Under the pieces are notes generated by a model. That model was not told where the DNA came from and did no database searches. It worked only from the letters and a program-made list of their open reading frames with translations. A DNA stretch of 61,177 nt, the filler included, from Sphacelaria rigidula (lineage: Eukaryota): assembly GCA_964200075.2 (NCBI GenBank). It is 10 parts of 10 records of this genome, joined end to end, with 100 filler letters (N's around TTAATTAATTAA, not from the genome) between each part and the next. Parts side by side here need not be neighbours in the genome. Positions count along the whole stretch, not along the records: positions 49,024 to 55,050 come from CAXNAA020022706.1; positions 55,151 to 61,177 come from CAXNAA020022707.1; 8 more parts are not named here. One strand, written 5' to 3'. Shown piece after piece: positions 50,157-61,177 of this stretch (its first letter is position 1; each line of letters starts with the position of its first letter). The position numbers and the translations under genes are program-made.

Positions 50157-50313
50157 CGGCTGGCACACGTCTCCGCATATATGCTGTAGTGTTGTCTGGT
50201 GTACTGAACTGTCGTCCACGCTTGATCTCGGCTTGACTCACAAGCACCTCGCAAAGGTACATCGTTGCTACCAAGATATCAAACTGGGAACCAAGCCTGT
50301 CGGTGCGTGTGTG

Positions 50314-50345
<32 letters not shown>
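49943..50345. repeat. Two-copy tandem duplication (about 210 bp), each copy ending in (TG)n
   Basis: TTCGGCTGGCACACGTCTCCGCATAT...CAAGCCTGTCGGTGCG at 49943 and 50155, near identical. Confidence 0.92.
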
Positions 50346-50346
<1 letters not shown>

Positions 50347-51358
50347 TGGTGTTTGTGTTTGTGTTGCCATTCCATCTATTCCAGATGCTGGTCTACACCT
50401 TTCGGTATATGTACTCGCATCAGCCGGGGTCACATAGGAGGAAGATCAACACATGAGTTTTTCGCTTTATAAAAAAATCTAGTTACAGCATTCCAACTCC
50501 CTTCCGCGTTTTTGGCTTCTTTTTTCTTCAATCTAGTTATGGGACTCCACCAAGGTTAGAACCCACGTCCCAAAGCTCGGTGACAGGGTTAGATGTAGAT
50601 AGATGGGCATATGTAGGGCTGTATTCTACTGAACGGCGGGGTGCGATGCTGTGCTGCGCTCTACTTCTGTCTGCATGGATTACCCTCTTTTGGGTGCGTG
50701 CGTGATTTGAGTTCGATTATATATGCATCATTATCTACATTACTGACCGGCTAGCATAATGCGCTGTTGGTTGTTCGTGAGGCTGCAGCTCTAAAGGTTT
50801 GATGTATTCTGTATGCTGTACACGCAGGCACACTTACACCCCATCTGCAGCGCTGGTTACCGTTCTTCGAGCATATTACATACATCATCCTACGAATAAT
50901 AAACAAACACAATCACACTCACACACAACAGGTAACCCACGCGAATGCTGCCGAGATAGCTCCCCCCCGGACCGGCCAAATAAGTGCACGGAGGCGATGA
51001 CCATAAATGCCGTCAAAGCTGGTTTCGTGCTGCACGACGCGACTCATTTGGGCGTTATACTGTAGCTGATGTCGGACTGCTACACGCCTCTCATGTGGGC
51101 GAAATTGCTGCAAATGAGCCCAATAGTGGGATTGCAGCCGGTTTGTTGGACGATCTCCGGTGCACTCTTGGGGGGGGGGGGGGGGGCTATCTCGGCATGA
51201 GTCACACACATACTGAAACCATGACACGTACAGACTGGAGCATTACACGTACAGACTGGAGCATGACACATACAAAACAGGGTCAACACACACTCAAAAC
51301 ACACTCACGCGCGATACACATGCTGAAGCATGACGAACACCCACACATGTACACACAC

Positions 51359-51691
51359 CTGTAATAAAGTGCTGTCGTGAGGATACCGCACGCTGTTCTC
51401 CACATCAAGCCCCACGCACCTAACCCCCTCTCCTCGCTCCCCCGCCCCAACAGAACCGCCTACGGCGGGCGGAGACCATAGAGCCCGCTCCGCATAGTTA
51501 AGGGTATCCCACCCATCCACCACAAAAACTCGAGAATCTTCGAGCGGGATCTGGAGATGCGCTTCCGCGTGCGCACGCGCGCTAGCCTCCACTTGTGCAG
51601 GGTCCAAGGGCGGAAGCAGGTGGTGCAGCCTGAAATGGTCCATGAGATGGGCGGCCGCAGGCAGGTTGCCCAGCTCGATCATATACCGAGT
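51359..51691 (-). CDS. Internal exon of a host DEDD-family 3'-5' exonuclease (EXD3/Mut-7-like)
   Basis: A 333-nt open phase-0 exon lies between AATAG| and CAG|GTGTGT. It encodes ...HLQIPLEDSRVFVVDGWDTL...RCVGLDVENS...STLLQ, which is the ExoI D-x-E motif followed by LLQ. Confidence 0.7.
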
Positions 51692-53647
51692 CTATTCTCA
51701 TTTTGGTTTTGAAATATTGCGGCAGACAGTCAATACAGTACAGGTAATACACACAGCAGCATGGGGGGCGTGGGGGGCAGGACAGGACAGGGGAGGGGCA
51801 TGGAAACTTCAACACAAGGAGTTACCGCACGAAGCGATGGATATGAATCCCGGGTGATAACATGTTGGGACTCGACGAGTCATCACCTTGGTGTGATGTT
51901 CAGGGGGTGTTAAACTACGTATGGGTCGTATGAAATGGTGGACCCCTGTTAACCCTTCGACAGCAACCCCCCCGCGGATGGACTGAGATGGACTATGCCA
52001 CTTTTTGGGTTCAGAATCATTCCTTTGTCACAACACAAAACGCCTTTTTCATGAACATGTGGATATTTGTCATCTATGTAGAAAATAGTATCGGAGAACC
52101 CCTGACCAGTTTTGACCCTGCAGTCAATTGCGTGCAGAGTTGGTATGTTTGTTTGCTGTATATCTTCACTGGATACAACGTCAAGAGGCAGTACAACTGT
52201 GCCATCGCTCTCCACTGGACACAATTCTACTGCATGCTGCTGATGCCTCTGCCTAGTGCTCGACAACACTAAAGTGTGAAGCTATGCTAGCAGCACATAA
52301 GGGGCCAGGCACGTGGTGTAGACCACGAGCAGAACACAAAACAAGTTATTTATATCCATGTAATCTATGGTTGGTTCCCCATGACCAAAATGAGTCGTGG
52401 GGGTGGACAGCGAATTAGTCCAATGTAGTCCACCCGAACCGGAAGAGGGTGCTCATTTTGACGATCGTGATTGGTCAGAATGGGCATCCCGCGCGCCTCT
52501 CGGGCCTCGTGCACCGCTCATGATTCTCCGCGGGAAACTTCCAAATACACACGGTTAACTTGGTGAGCTTTTCGTCTCCTCTGCGGACAGACACCCCTCC
52601 CCCTCAAAAACCACGTGGAAACCCCCGAATGTCTTCGGACTGTCAGCCTGTGAAACTGTTACAAAGCGACGCTCACTGTCTGAGGGTTAAGGCAGCATTT
52701 TGACTAACCAAAAATGCCTGACTAATTCGTAGTCCTGCCTTAGCCCGAGGTAAAATTGGTACCGTGTTACTGCGGGATTTCAGTATACTGCACTCTGGTG
52801 TACTATACTGTCGGTACGGCGAATTGAGGGGGTCGGCGGCGACAATGAACTACGGTACACTCTGGACAGCAGAACCATCAATACTTGCAACAGGAAAAAG
52901 CTATGCTGAGTATAGTATCGGCCTGCCTATTGCATATTCACTGCTATTGCTGCAAAAGCAATCGGCGATAGATCGATACTTTACGCAGCATTTTTTTTTT
53001 TCATTTGCAACTGGTGCTGGTCTATTGTCCGGGGCGTGGAATGAGAGAACACAAAAAAAGTCTGATTGCTGGCCAGGATTCGTGAAAAATCCGTTTTTTT
53101 GTCAACGAGGGTCTGCAATAAAGGGAAAAGGCGGGTGATATAGGCCATACAGTAGAAACGCCCATCTCAGTGGGGGAAATGTTGTCAAGCCAAAAATACG
53201 CCGCCTTATTGTTGGTAGTCTCGCCTCATTAGGTGCCGCCTTAACACGGGCCCACCCACTACTATACGCTTGTCTATTACGGCAGTAGCCTTTCTTCGGT
53301 TTGCTATTTTGGCAGCTTACACACAAGTCATATCGGTGCAGAAGCAAGTGCTTCATGGTATAGTCATAAGTGAGCAATAGAGCTAGTACAATTTGTCGAC
53401 GACGAAAAAGTTTCGAGTCGAAAATTGCCGTATGTAGATATATATGAAATGTATGTTATATTTTGCAGTAAAGTACGCACGTCGAGGGACCAAACAAAAA
53501 TCTCACCTATGGATAATGACCGACGACAAAATCAAAATCATCAACACCACAATGTGCTTCATCGAGGGACGGCAGGGGTGCTCAGAGGTGACAAGCAAAA
53601 ATCGAATTCTAGGCAACTCGACATGTAACAAATCCTTGAAACTTTTA

Positions 53648-53957
53648 GGGGTGTTCTCATGATCCTGCATGCCTTAGTCGTGATAACGTAGAACTCGCAT
53701 CCCTTTGAAGCCGGGACGGAGCACGCCGTGTTTTCGCCGGACCAGGATCGCAATCAACCACCAAGCGTAAAGTGCCGTGATGTGTTCGGCGAGTTGCGGG
53801 AGGGGTGAGTTGCATCCTGCGAAGATTATTCGGCCCGAAGCGTACTGGTTTGTCTTGCACACGGGTGACAGTCTCGAATGGGTTGCTTCACTCCTGGTAT
53901 CGCCATTTACAGAGCCAGCCACGGCTTTCACACTGCCCCATGGGTGTCTCACCATTG
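53648..53957 (-). mobile_element. Apparently full-length (about 310 bp) SINE-like family A element
   Basis: Joins the 5' body seen at 36769-36981 to the tail seen at 18385, 22849, 45906 and 54980. Confidence 0.85.
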
Positions 53958-54979
53958 AAACACTACGTAGTACGATCATCGCCTTTGCACGGCACTGAGT
54001 TTTTCTCACCTCTCACAAAATGATCTAGCTCGACCGCCATCGTGGTTGCCGCAAAAAAACTCAAGCTCGCAAAAAACAAATGGTAACCTGGTGGGCTAGC
54101 TTGAGCCGTGAGTGGTGCGTTTTACAGCGTCGTTGCCAATCGATGGGAGTGGGGGGGAGGAGAGATAGGTTGCCGCACAATCAACACCGTTATATATGGA
54201 CAGTATGGTGATCTCACTTATTTTTCACCAAGAATTTGGGGTTCCCACACTGCAGATGCAGATGCAAACCGTTTACTTGAGCCGACACGACGAAATATCC
54301 ACACAAAGGAAGAGGGTGTGCGGGGGTTGTACAGAGTACACTGATGGATCCTTCATGTTCGGTGCAACACGTTCACCTCACGAACCAGAAGAGACGTGGT
54401 GCTGTTGCAGAACATCAGAGTCGACGAGGCAAGGTGGAGGATGCAACCGAACAACACCCACACGTATACACACGGCGCGGTCTATTTCCAGGACGGGTGT
54501 CCAAAAAACATTGTGACGGTAACGAACGCCTCGAGAGCCAATGCAGTAATGAACCCAATTCCTAATAATGTACCCACAAAGGCAGTGCCGACAGCATAGC
54601 TCGGAAAAAAAAAAACAGCGAAAAAAAAAAACGCTCTGGGCACGAAGGGGCATGCACTGTACTGTACTGTACTGTCGGCAGACCCCAGTGTGCGCTGCCG
54701 CAGTGCTCACGAGAACTCACGCGAACGTGCGGGGGCGCCTCGCACTGGTACTGTCCTCCGGGGGTTGTCTACATTCAGGCTAACTGTCCCACAGAAACTC
54801 AACATGGAGCCACAGATATAGGCTGGCAATAGCACAACTCGGGAAAATCGACAGCTGGAAGGGCTGCTCTGGGTAACGCGTATGCTGTACTGTGCTGTAC
54901 CATACTGTACTGTCTGCAGAAACAGTAGAGCATTTCGGCATCCCACGCACCATGAACGATCATGCGGTCGGTCTATCGG

Positions 54980-55050
54980 GAGAGTGTACTCGTGATCATG
55001 CATGCCATAGTCATAAGACCATTGACCTCGCATCCCTACAAAGCCGGGAC
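54980..55050 (-). mobile_element. Family A tail (cut by contig end)
   Basis: GTACTCGTGATCATGCATGCCATAGTCATAAGACCATTGACCTCGCATCCCTACAAAGCCGGGAC. Confidence 0.85.
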
Positions 55051-55490
55051 NNNNNNNNNNNNNNNNNNNNNNNNNNNNNNNNNNNNNNNNNNNNTTAATT
55101 AATTAANNNNNNNNNNNNNNNNNNNNNNNNNNNNNNNNNNNNNNNNNNNNCAGTGTTGGTGTACAGTCCGCTTTACCAGCTGTAAGTGTTGTCACTGCCC
55201 CTCCCCCCAGTGTTGGTGTACAGTCCGCTTTACCAGCTGCAAGCGTTGTAACTGCCCCTCCCCAAGCGTTCGTGTCCACTCCGTTCCTCCGGCGAACGTG
55301 GTAACTCCGAGTGTTGGTTTTCAGTCAGCTTCACCGGCAAGCTTTGTACCTACTCCCACGAATGCTGTTGGTTCTCTCCGTGCAGTGCAAGGGCTTCACT
55401 GTCCAGACTTGGGTGTTTTCAAGGATGAAACCCTGATGGCTGGATTCGACACGACCCCCCCCCCCCAAGAATTTTTTCCGCGTTTCATGA

Positions 55491-57185
55491 GTGAAGGACT
55501 GGGAGTTGTGTCTAAAACCGGGATTGCCCTTGCTATTCTTGCCCCCAGCCCTCACCCATTTTCAGTTGGGAAACCAAAGAAAGAAGTCGACACTATTTGT
55601 TTACGTTTCCCTCCCCCACCTTCATGAGACGTTACTCATAGAAACTGCAAAACAACAGGACATTTTATTGACGGGGGTACTAGCGCCATGTGCTGGGTGC
55701 TTGGAAGCGAAGGGGCAGAGAGCAGGTATTCCGAGAAGCCTGGGAACGAGGACGACGACGATACTACGCAGGGTGCATCTCGACCTCACCGGTCCACACC
55801 CTCGTACTTTGGGCGCTTCAACCCATGTGCTGGGCTGCGTCGACAGCAAGTCGCGCTTCATGATGTTTTATGGCCTCGCACGCAACTCGGACACGCTCAC
55901 GAAGGTGAAACGTTTCATCGCCGATGTCAGCGCCACCGGTACCCCCGGTTGTTTTCGTATGGACAACGGAGGCGAATTCACCTCCAACGATTTCGGTGCC
56001 TTCTGCGACGATGCAACGACTCGTCGTGAATACACTGCCCCAGACGCCCCCAAGCAAAACGCTGTCGCGGAAAATGCAATTTGGACGGTCATGAAGGGGG
56101 GTCACGCCGCCCGTCTCGAAGCGCGACGCCTGTTCCCAAAGTACCGCTTCGACGACATACCTCACCTGGGGGAAAACATGAAGCGCCTGTGGCTGGAGGC
56201 CGCGGTGTGGGCAGCGGACGGGTTCAATCGTTCCGCTACTACGGCGAACCCGGGAAGACTGCCGCCGTGTGAGGTGTTCACTGGCAAGCGCCCGCCGCTA
56301 CAGATTGTGCCGTTTCTGCAACCCGTCATGATGCGGGTCAACCGCCGAGGAAAGATGGATGCTCAGTCCGTGGCCTGCCCCTACCTCAATAATGGCAGTA
56401 ACCATTCTCCATCGACGGTCAAGGTCCTGAAGGCTGCCACCGGTGCCGTCTGCTACACCAACAACGTTGTCTGGACGGTACCGCGTGTGTTACTGCAGTC
56501 GTCGGCAACGCCGGTCGTCGGGGGAGAGGAGGCCCATCCCGGTACCGTCGCCGCCGCCGCCGCGCCGTCAGCAGAGCAACATTACGGGACGCCGCTCGCC
56601 GTGGGGGGAAAGGTCCAAACGCCGCTCGTCGGAGGGGAGGAGGTTCATGGCAGCACCGCCGCCACCGCCGCCACACCGCTGCTCCCGCCGACATATCACA
56701 CAGTGGAGTTCGAGCTGCCGCCGCCGCCGCCGCCGCCGCCGCCGACACCGCCGACCCAGCCGGCACTACCGCCGCCGACGGATCCGTCCACTCCGCAGAT
56801 GCATCGATCGCCGCCGACATCCCCGCCGATCTTCTCCGGCTCTTCGGCCCCGATCCCGTCCCCGATACCGTCAGCATCTTCTTCGACTGCGTCACGCGAT
56901 GCATCATCCGCCCCTGAAGTGATGGACCATTCTTTCTCGCCGCTCCCAATCAACGTGAGGAAGGAGCTGGAGCTGGAAACAGATCCTCGGCAGCCAGGGC
57001 GGACGCGGTCAGGGTCGACGCAATACAAGACAAACAAGGCTGCACTCTTGCACCACAGCTGGGGACTCATGCAGCAGTTGAATAAGCGATATTTGCTGTC
57101 TGCTCTCCTCACGCGCGGCGTGGTTGATGCCGAGCGACAGGGCAACGATGGTGAGAAAGAGGGGCACGAGGGGATACCGATGTGA
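55491..57185 (+). pseudogene. Ty1/Copia integrase region with Pro-rich spacer
   Basis: H..H...CAGC zinc motif, RVHLDLTGP, RMDNGGEF, PKQNAVAE and LWLEAA. Confidence 0.92.
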
Positions 57186-57314
57186 CTCGCGACGAGGCTG
57201 GCGACGCGTGAAGATATAGATACCGCTTTACGTGAGCAGCGCCCGCCGCACATCCCACCAGAACTCCCACATTGTCAGCAAAGGATCTCAGTCCCCAACG
57301 GATACACGCAGGCG

Positions 57315-58828
57315 GTGCGCTCGGAGTACGGTGATTTATGGAGGGACTCGATGGGGCGGGAATGGCGGGGCATTCTGGAGGCGGGGACGATAGACTCAGC
57401 GGAAGAGCAACTCGTGGACAACTATATTCATACAAAGTGGGTGTATAACAGGAAGGCGGACGAGTTTGGATGGCCCACGAAGATGAAGTCGAGACTAGTA
57501 GCAAGAGGAGATATGCAGAGGGAAAACATAGATTCTGGAGAGTTGTATGCACCCACTGTAGCAGTTTTTAGCGTACGTTTGTTGGCGACTCTGGCTTGTG
57601 AGCAAAATCTTGCGTTGCGCCATTTTGATATCGAACAAGCTTTTGTACAGTCTGAGTTGGACGAGGATGTTTTTATGCGGTTGCCACTTGGTTGTGGAAG
57701 CTTATCTGGTGAAATAGTAAAACTCAACAAAAGTTCGTACGGATTGAAACAGGCAAGTAGGCAGCGGCATAATCACCAGGCGGAATGTTTATTTGTTTTG
57801 GGATTTGGTCAGTGCTTGGTGGATTCATGTGTGTTTCGGTTGATTGAGGATAGCAGGGTAATTATCACCATTGTAGTACATGTGGATGGTATATTCGCAG
57901 TGGGAGAGAAGGACAGGTGTGACGAGTTTGGTAAAGATCTCAACACGATGGTTCCAGTCAAAAACCTCGGGGATTTGCGTTGGTATTCTGGACTGTACTA
58001 TGAGAGAGATATTGCAAGGGGGACTCTAAACATTTCACAACAAACATACGCAGAAGAGTTGGCGAAGGAATACGGAATAGAGTGGGGAAAGAGTATCCTC
58101 ATCGCTGTTGGTGCGAAGCTTGAAGAGTTCAGTGTAGAAGAGCAGGCAACGGAATTTCCGTTTCGGGAATTGATAGGGTCACTGATGTGGCTGGCTACTC
58201 AAACGAGGCCAGACATATCTAACGCAGTACGTGCAGTAGCGAGGTACTGTGCCTCACCGAAACACCTTCATTGGCGTGCTGCATTTGGTACTTTGGGGTA
58301 TATGTTAGGCGAACAAGTTCGCTTGGGATTTCTTTTCGCAGAGGAAGTATACAGGGGTTGAGCTTTCATGTGTTTGCAGACGTCGACTACGCAAGTAAGG
58401 CAGCTGATAGGCGGTCGGTATCAGGAGGGCTAGTCATGTGTGGAGGTGGATATGTGTCTTGGTTTTCGAGGACTCAGAAGTGTGTGACGCTGTCCGCAAC
58501 GGAAGCAGAGTACGTTGCGATGACAGATATTCTGAAGGAGGTATTGTTTTTGAGACAGGTTTGGCGTTTCATGTTGCCGCAGATGGGAATGCCATGCATC
58601 CCAGTGTTTGAGGATAATCAGGGAGCTATTCAGTTGGCAAAGAACCCAGTCATAAACTCCAACTCTAAGCACATCGACGTACGGCATCATTTTATCAGGG
58701 AGTTGGTTGGTAGGAAAGAGGTTTCGGTTATTCACGTAAAATCGGAGTATCAACATGCAGATTTCCTCACTAAAGTGTTGCCGACAGAGTCTTTTTAGTT
58801 TCACCGTAATATTGTCATGAACATCATG
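57315..58828 (+). pseudogene. Ty1/Copia reverse transcriptase and RNase H (frameshifted near 58300)
   Basis: RT motifs KSRLVARG, FDIEQAFV, YGLKQASR, VHVDG (catalytic YVDD decayed) and TRPDI. RNase H motifs FADVDYA, EAEYVA, EDNQGA, KHIDVRHHFIRE and ADFLTK. Confidence 0.94.
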
Positions 58829-58959
58829 TAGAGTCTGCAAGACACTGGTACATTGGATTGGTTTTAGCTGATTTGATTTGTTTTCGGGGACATTTATCCA
58901 CCCCGGGAAAGTAGGGGTACGAGGCCATGGTTGCAATATTTTCAATTTTGCAATGAATT

Positions 58960-59185
58960 ATTCTATCTTCGACGGGTACGACCGGATTTGATTTTTGCTG
59001 CAAACAAACTATTTTTTCAATGGTTTTTGGTGTTGGATTTCGGTCTTCGACGGGTACGACCGAATTTGATTTTTGTTGCAGACAAGATATTTTTGAATGG
59101 TTTTTGGTGTTGGATTTCGATCTTCGACGGGTACGACCGAATTTGATTTTTGTTGTACACAAAACATTTTTTAATGGTTTTCGGT
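58960..59185. repeat. Tandem repeat, about 78-bp unit, 3 copies
   Basis: TCTTCGACGGGTACGACCG.ATTTGATTTTTG at about 58966, 59044 and 59121. Confidence 0.9.
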
Positions 59186-61177
59186 AATGGACTTCGGGTG
59201 CCACAAACGTTTCCATGGCAAATATCGGAAACTGGACTGGTTTTTGACTTTGCGTCTGGTTGATGAATTTTTGTATTCTTGTCGAATATATATCTGGGAT
59301 TTTTTGACATTTGATTTGCGATGATTTGAGTTCATGATATCGAATTCTTTTTCAGTTCTGAAAGGCGTGATGGGATGGATGAATAGCATAAGCATGTCAT
59401 GACGTATTGAGGAAAACGACTGAAGGAAGGAATTTCAGTTTACTCAGTAGATGGCGTTATCAAATATCTGTACACGGGTGGGACGATTTTTCTATGCTCG
59501 GTGATATAGCATTGAATACTGTCTAGTAGGGTTTGAGACGTGAGTAGAATTGGGCTGTGTGTAGGAGGGCTAATCGAATATGAGAGCATAAGACTTGAGA
59601 ATTGAGTAGAGTTGAGCCGTGAGTAGGAGGGCTAATCGAATATACTCACACTCAGTGATTGATACAGGTAAGCAGGCCTCGATGCGAGGGAAATGGATAT
59701 TGTGATTGGACCATGACCTATGGGTGAATGACAAGTAATGAGATACAGTTATGTTATCAAAGGTATACACGATTTGTTGGTTGCAGCAAGAATCCGCTGA
59801 GAGGCACACGCCCAATCGCGTGGCCAAGGAATTAGACTCTGACGTGTTGTTTTTCTATACATGAGTGGGTTTTCATGATTGACCACGCCCCGTTTTGGCA
59901 GTGTACTTTTCTGGGTTTTTACGTTTTGGATGGAGAGTATAGTATACATTTATCAACAAGTGAATCAATTCAACAACAGGGGTCCCACGACCTTTTCTTA
60001 CACATAGACCCCAGCGCCGAGTAGGAGATTCAGCCCTTAACCGCAGCACTAGTACACGGTATATGAAAGGTTGGCAAGGATAGATGACGGCACGCGGTCT
60101 GGAGATGGTGATGCAAGGACACAAAACACGAACGCGCAAGATAGTCCGCCATAGGTCGAACCGCATACCGTTACCCACCCCACCTCAGATATTCAATCGC
60201 TGACGGGTTCGCCTGGTGTGCTTGAACACCAGACTTTCAGGCGACGCCAACCTTCAATACCCCACACCCCACCTCCTCACCCTGAAGGAAAAAACAGGAT
60301 GGAGCAATGTCAGAGGGGCTACCAGGAAGCAGAGTCCTGGAAAGCTCGGAAGAGTGATGAGACGACGAAGACTGCGTGGAGTCTTCGAGTGAAGAGCTCC
60401 AGCAAGTGGCCCAGACGAGCGAGCCGATGGCATTGAGCAAACGAAGCAGAGAAAAGCATAATATTGTACGAAGGGAAGAGCAGGAGACCGTTTTTGTGAT
60501 GCATTACAGGAGCGAGCAGCGCTTTGTATTTGTATTTGTGTTTGTGTTTTTTGTATAGTAATGAGCAGTAGTTCAGTATTGTTTCTTTCTTTACATTGGA
60601 ACAGCTGATTCAGATCTTGACTTTTGGGGGGGGAGACTGCCTTCTCGACTTGTTTGGCTCGTTTTTCTGGATCAAAACTTCCTCCTCAAGCCCTCATTTT
60701 TTTCCCTGTTCGGTTTTCTGGTCTGGATTCTATTTGTTTTTTTTCCTCAACCGTTTTGTCTACCTTGCCTCCGTAGGACCTGATCCTTTTTCTTGTGTCA
60801 GTTCTCTTTTTTCTTTGTTGTTTTCATGTTTCATGAGATGTTCTTTTGTCGTACTTTAGACGTGGTATGTCCTTTCTAGTCTCCTCGATGTTCCAGTTTC
60901 CTTTCTCTTCTCCTTTTGTTGCGGGCCTGGTTCGTTCCTCCAGTACTATTTTTTTGGTTTCTCTTTTCCTTTCCACCTTTTCGCGGAGTGATCTTGCTCC
61001 GCTCTTTGTTTCTTTTTACACTTTCTACGATAGCCCCCCCCCAAAAAAACCCAGCTAAGTGTCACGAAACCAATGGCCATACAGCGCCTGATGTTCGGGT
61101 TAAGGCTGCATGAAGCGCCTCATATTGGCGACATTGGCTAGAACGAACCTAAGCGTCGGAATTCCCAGCTTCTCGTT

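Overview
This is not one locus. It is ten unrelated contigs of 6027-6028 bp (1-6028, 6129-12156, 12257-18284, 18385-24412, 24513-30540, 30641-36668, 36769-42796, 42897-48923, 49024-55050, 55151-61177) joined by artificial 100-bp linkers (N44-TTAATTAATTAA-N44), so nothing can be inferred across a linker. The DNA is repeat-rich eukaryotic nuclear sequence. A stramenopile, probably a brown alga, is my inference from the style of the transposons and is not proven. It contains two copies of one APE-RT LINE family, four Ty1/Copia relics, two related Ty3/Gypsy copies, a large gag-like ORF, a hAT transposase remnant, several MITEs (TSDs clear for two, imperfect or unresolved for others), SINEs, micro- and minisatellites, and two isolated host exons (a DEDD 3'-5' exonuclease and a membrane protein). 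All transposon ORFs are disrupted. The most interesting signal is a LINE whose 3' end (...ATGAGTAC) runs into poly(C) instead of poly(A). At least two non-coding SINE-like families share this tail, and one copy has a C-rich target-site duplication, suggesting a retroposon system that targets C/G tracts. I found no rRNA, intact tRNA, CRISPR array or prokaryotic operon.
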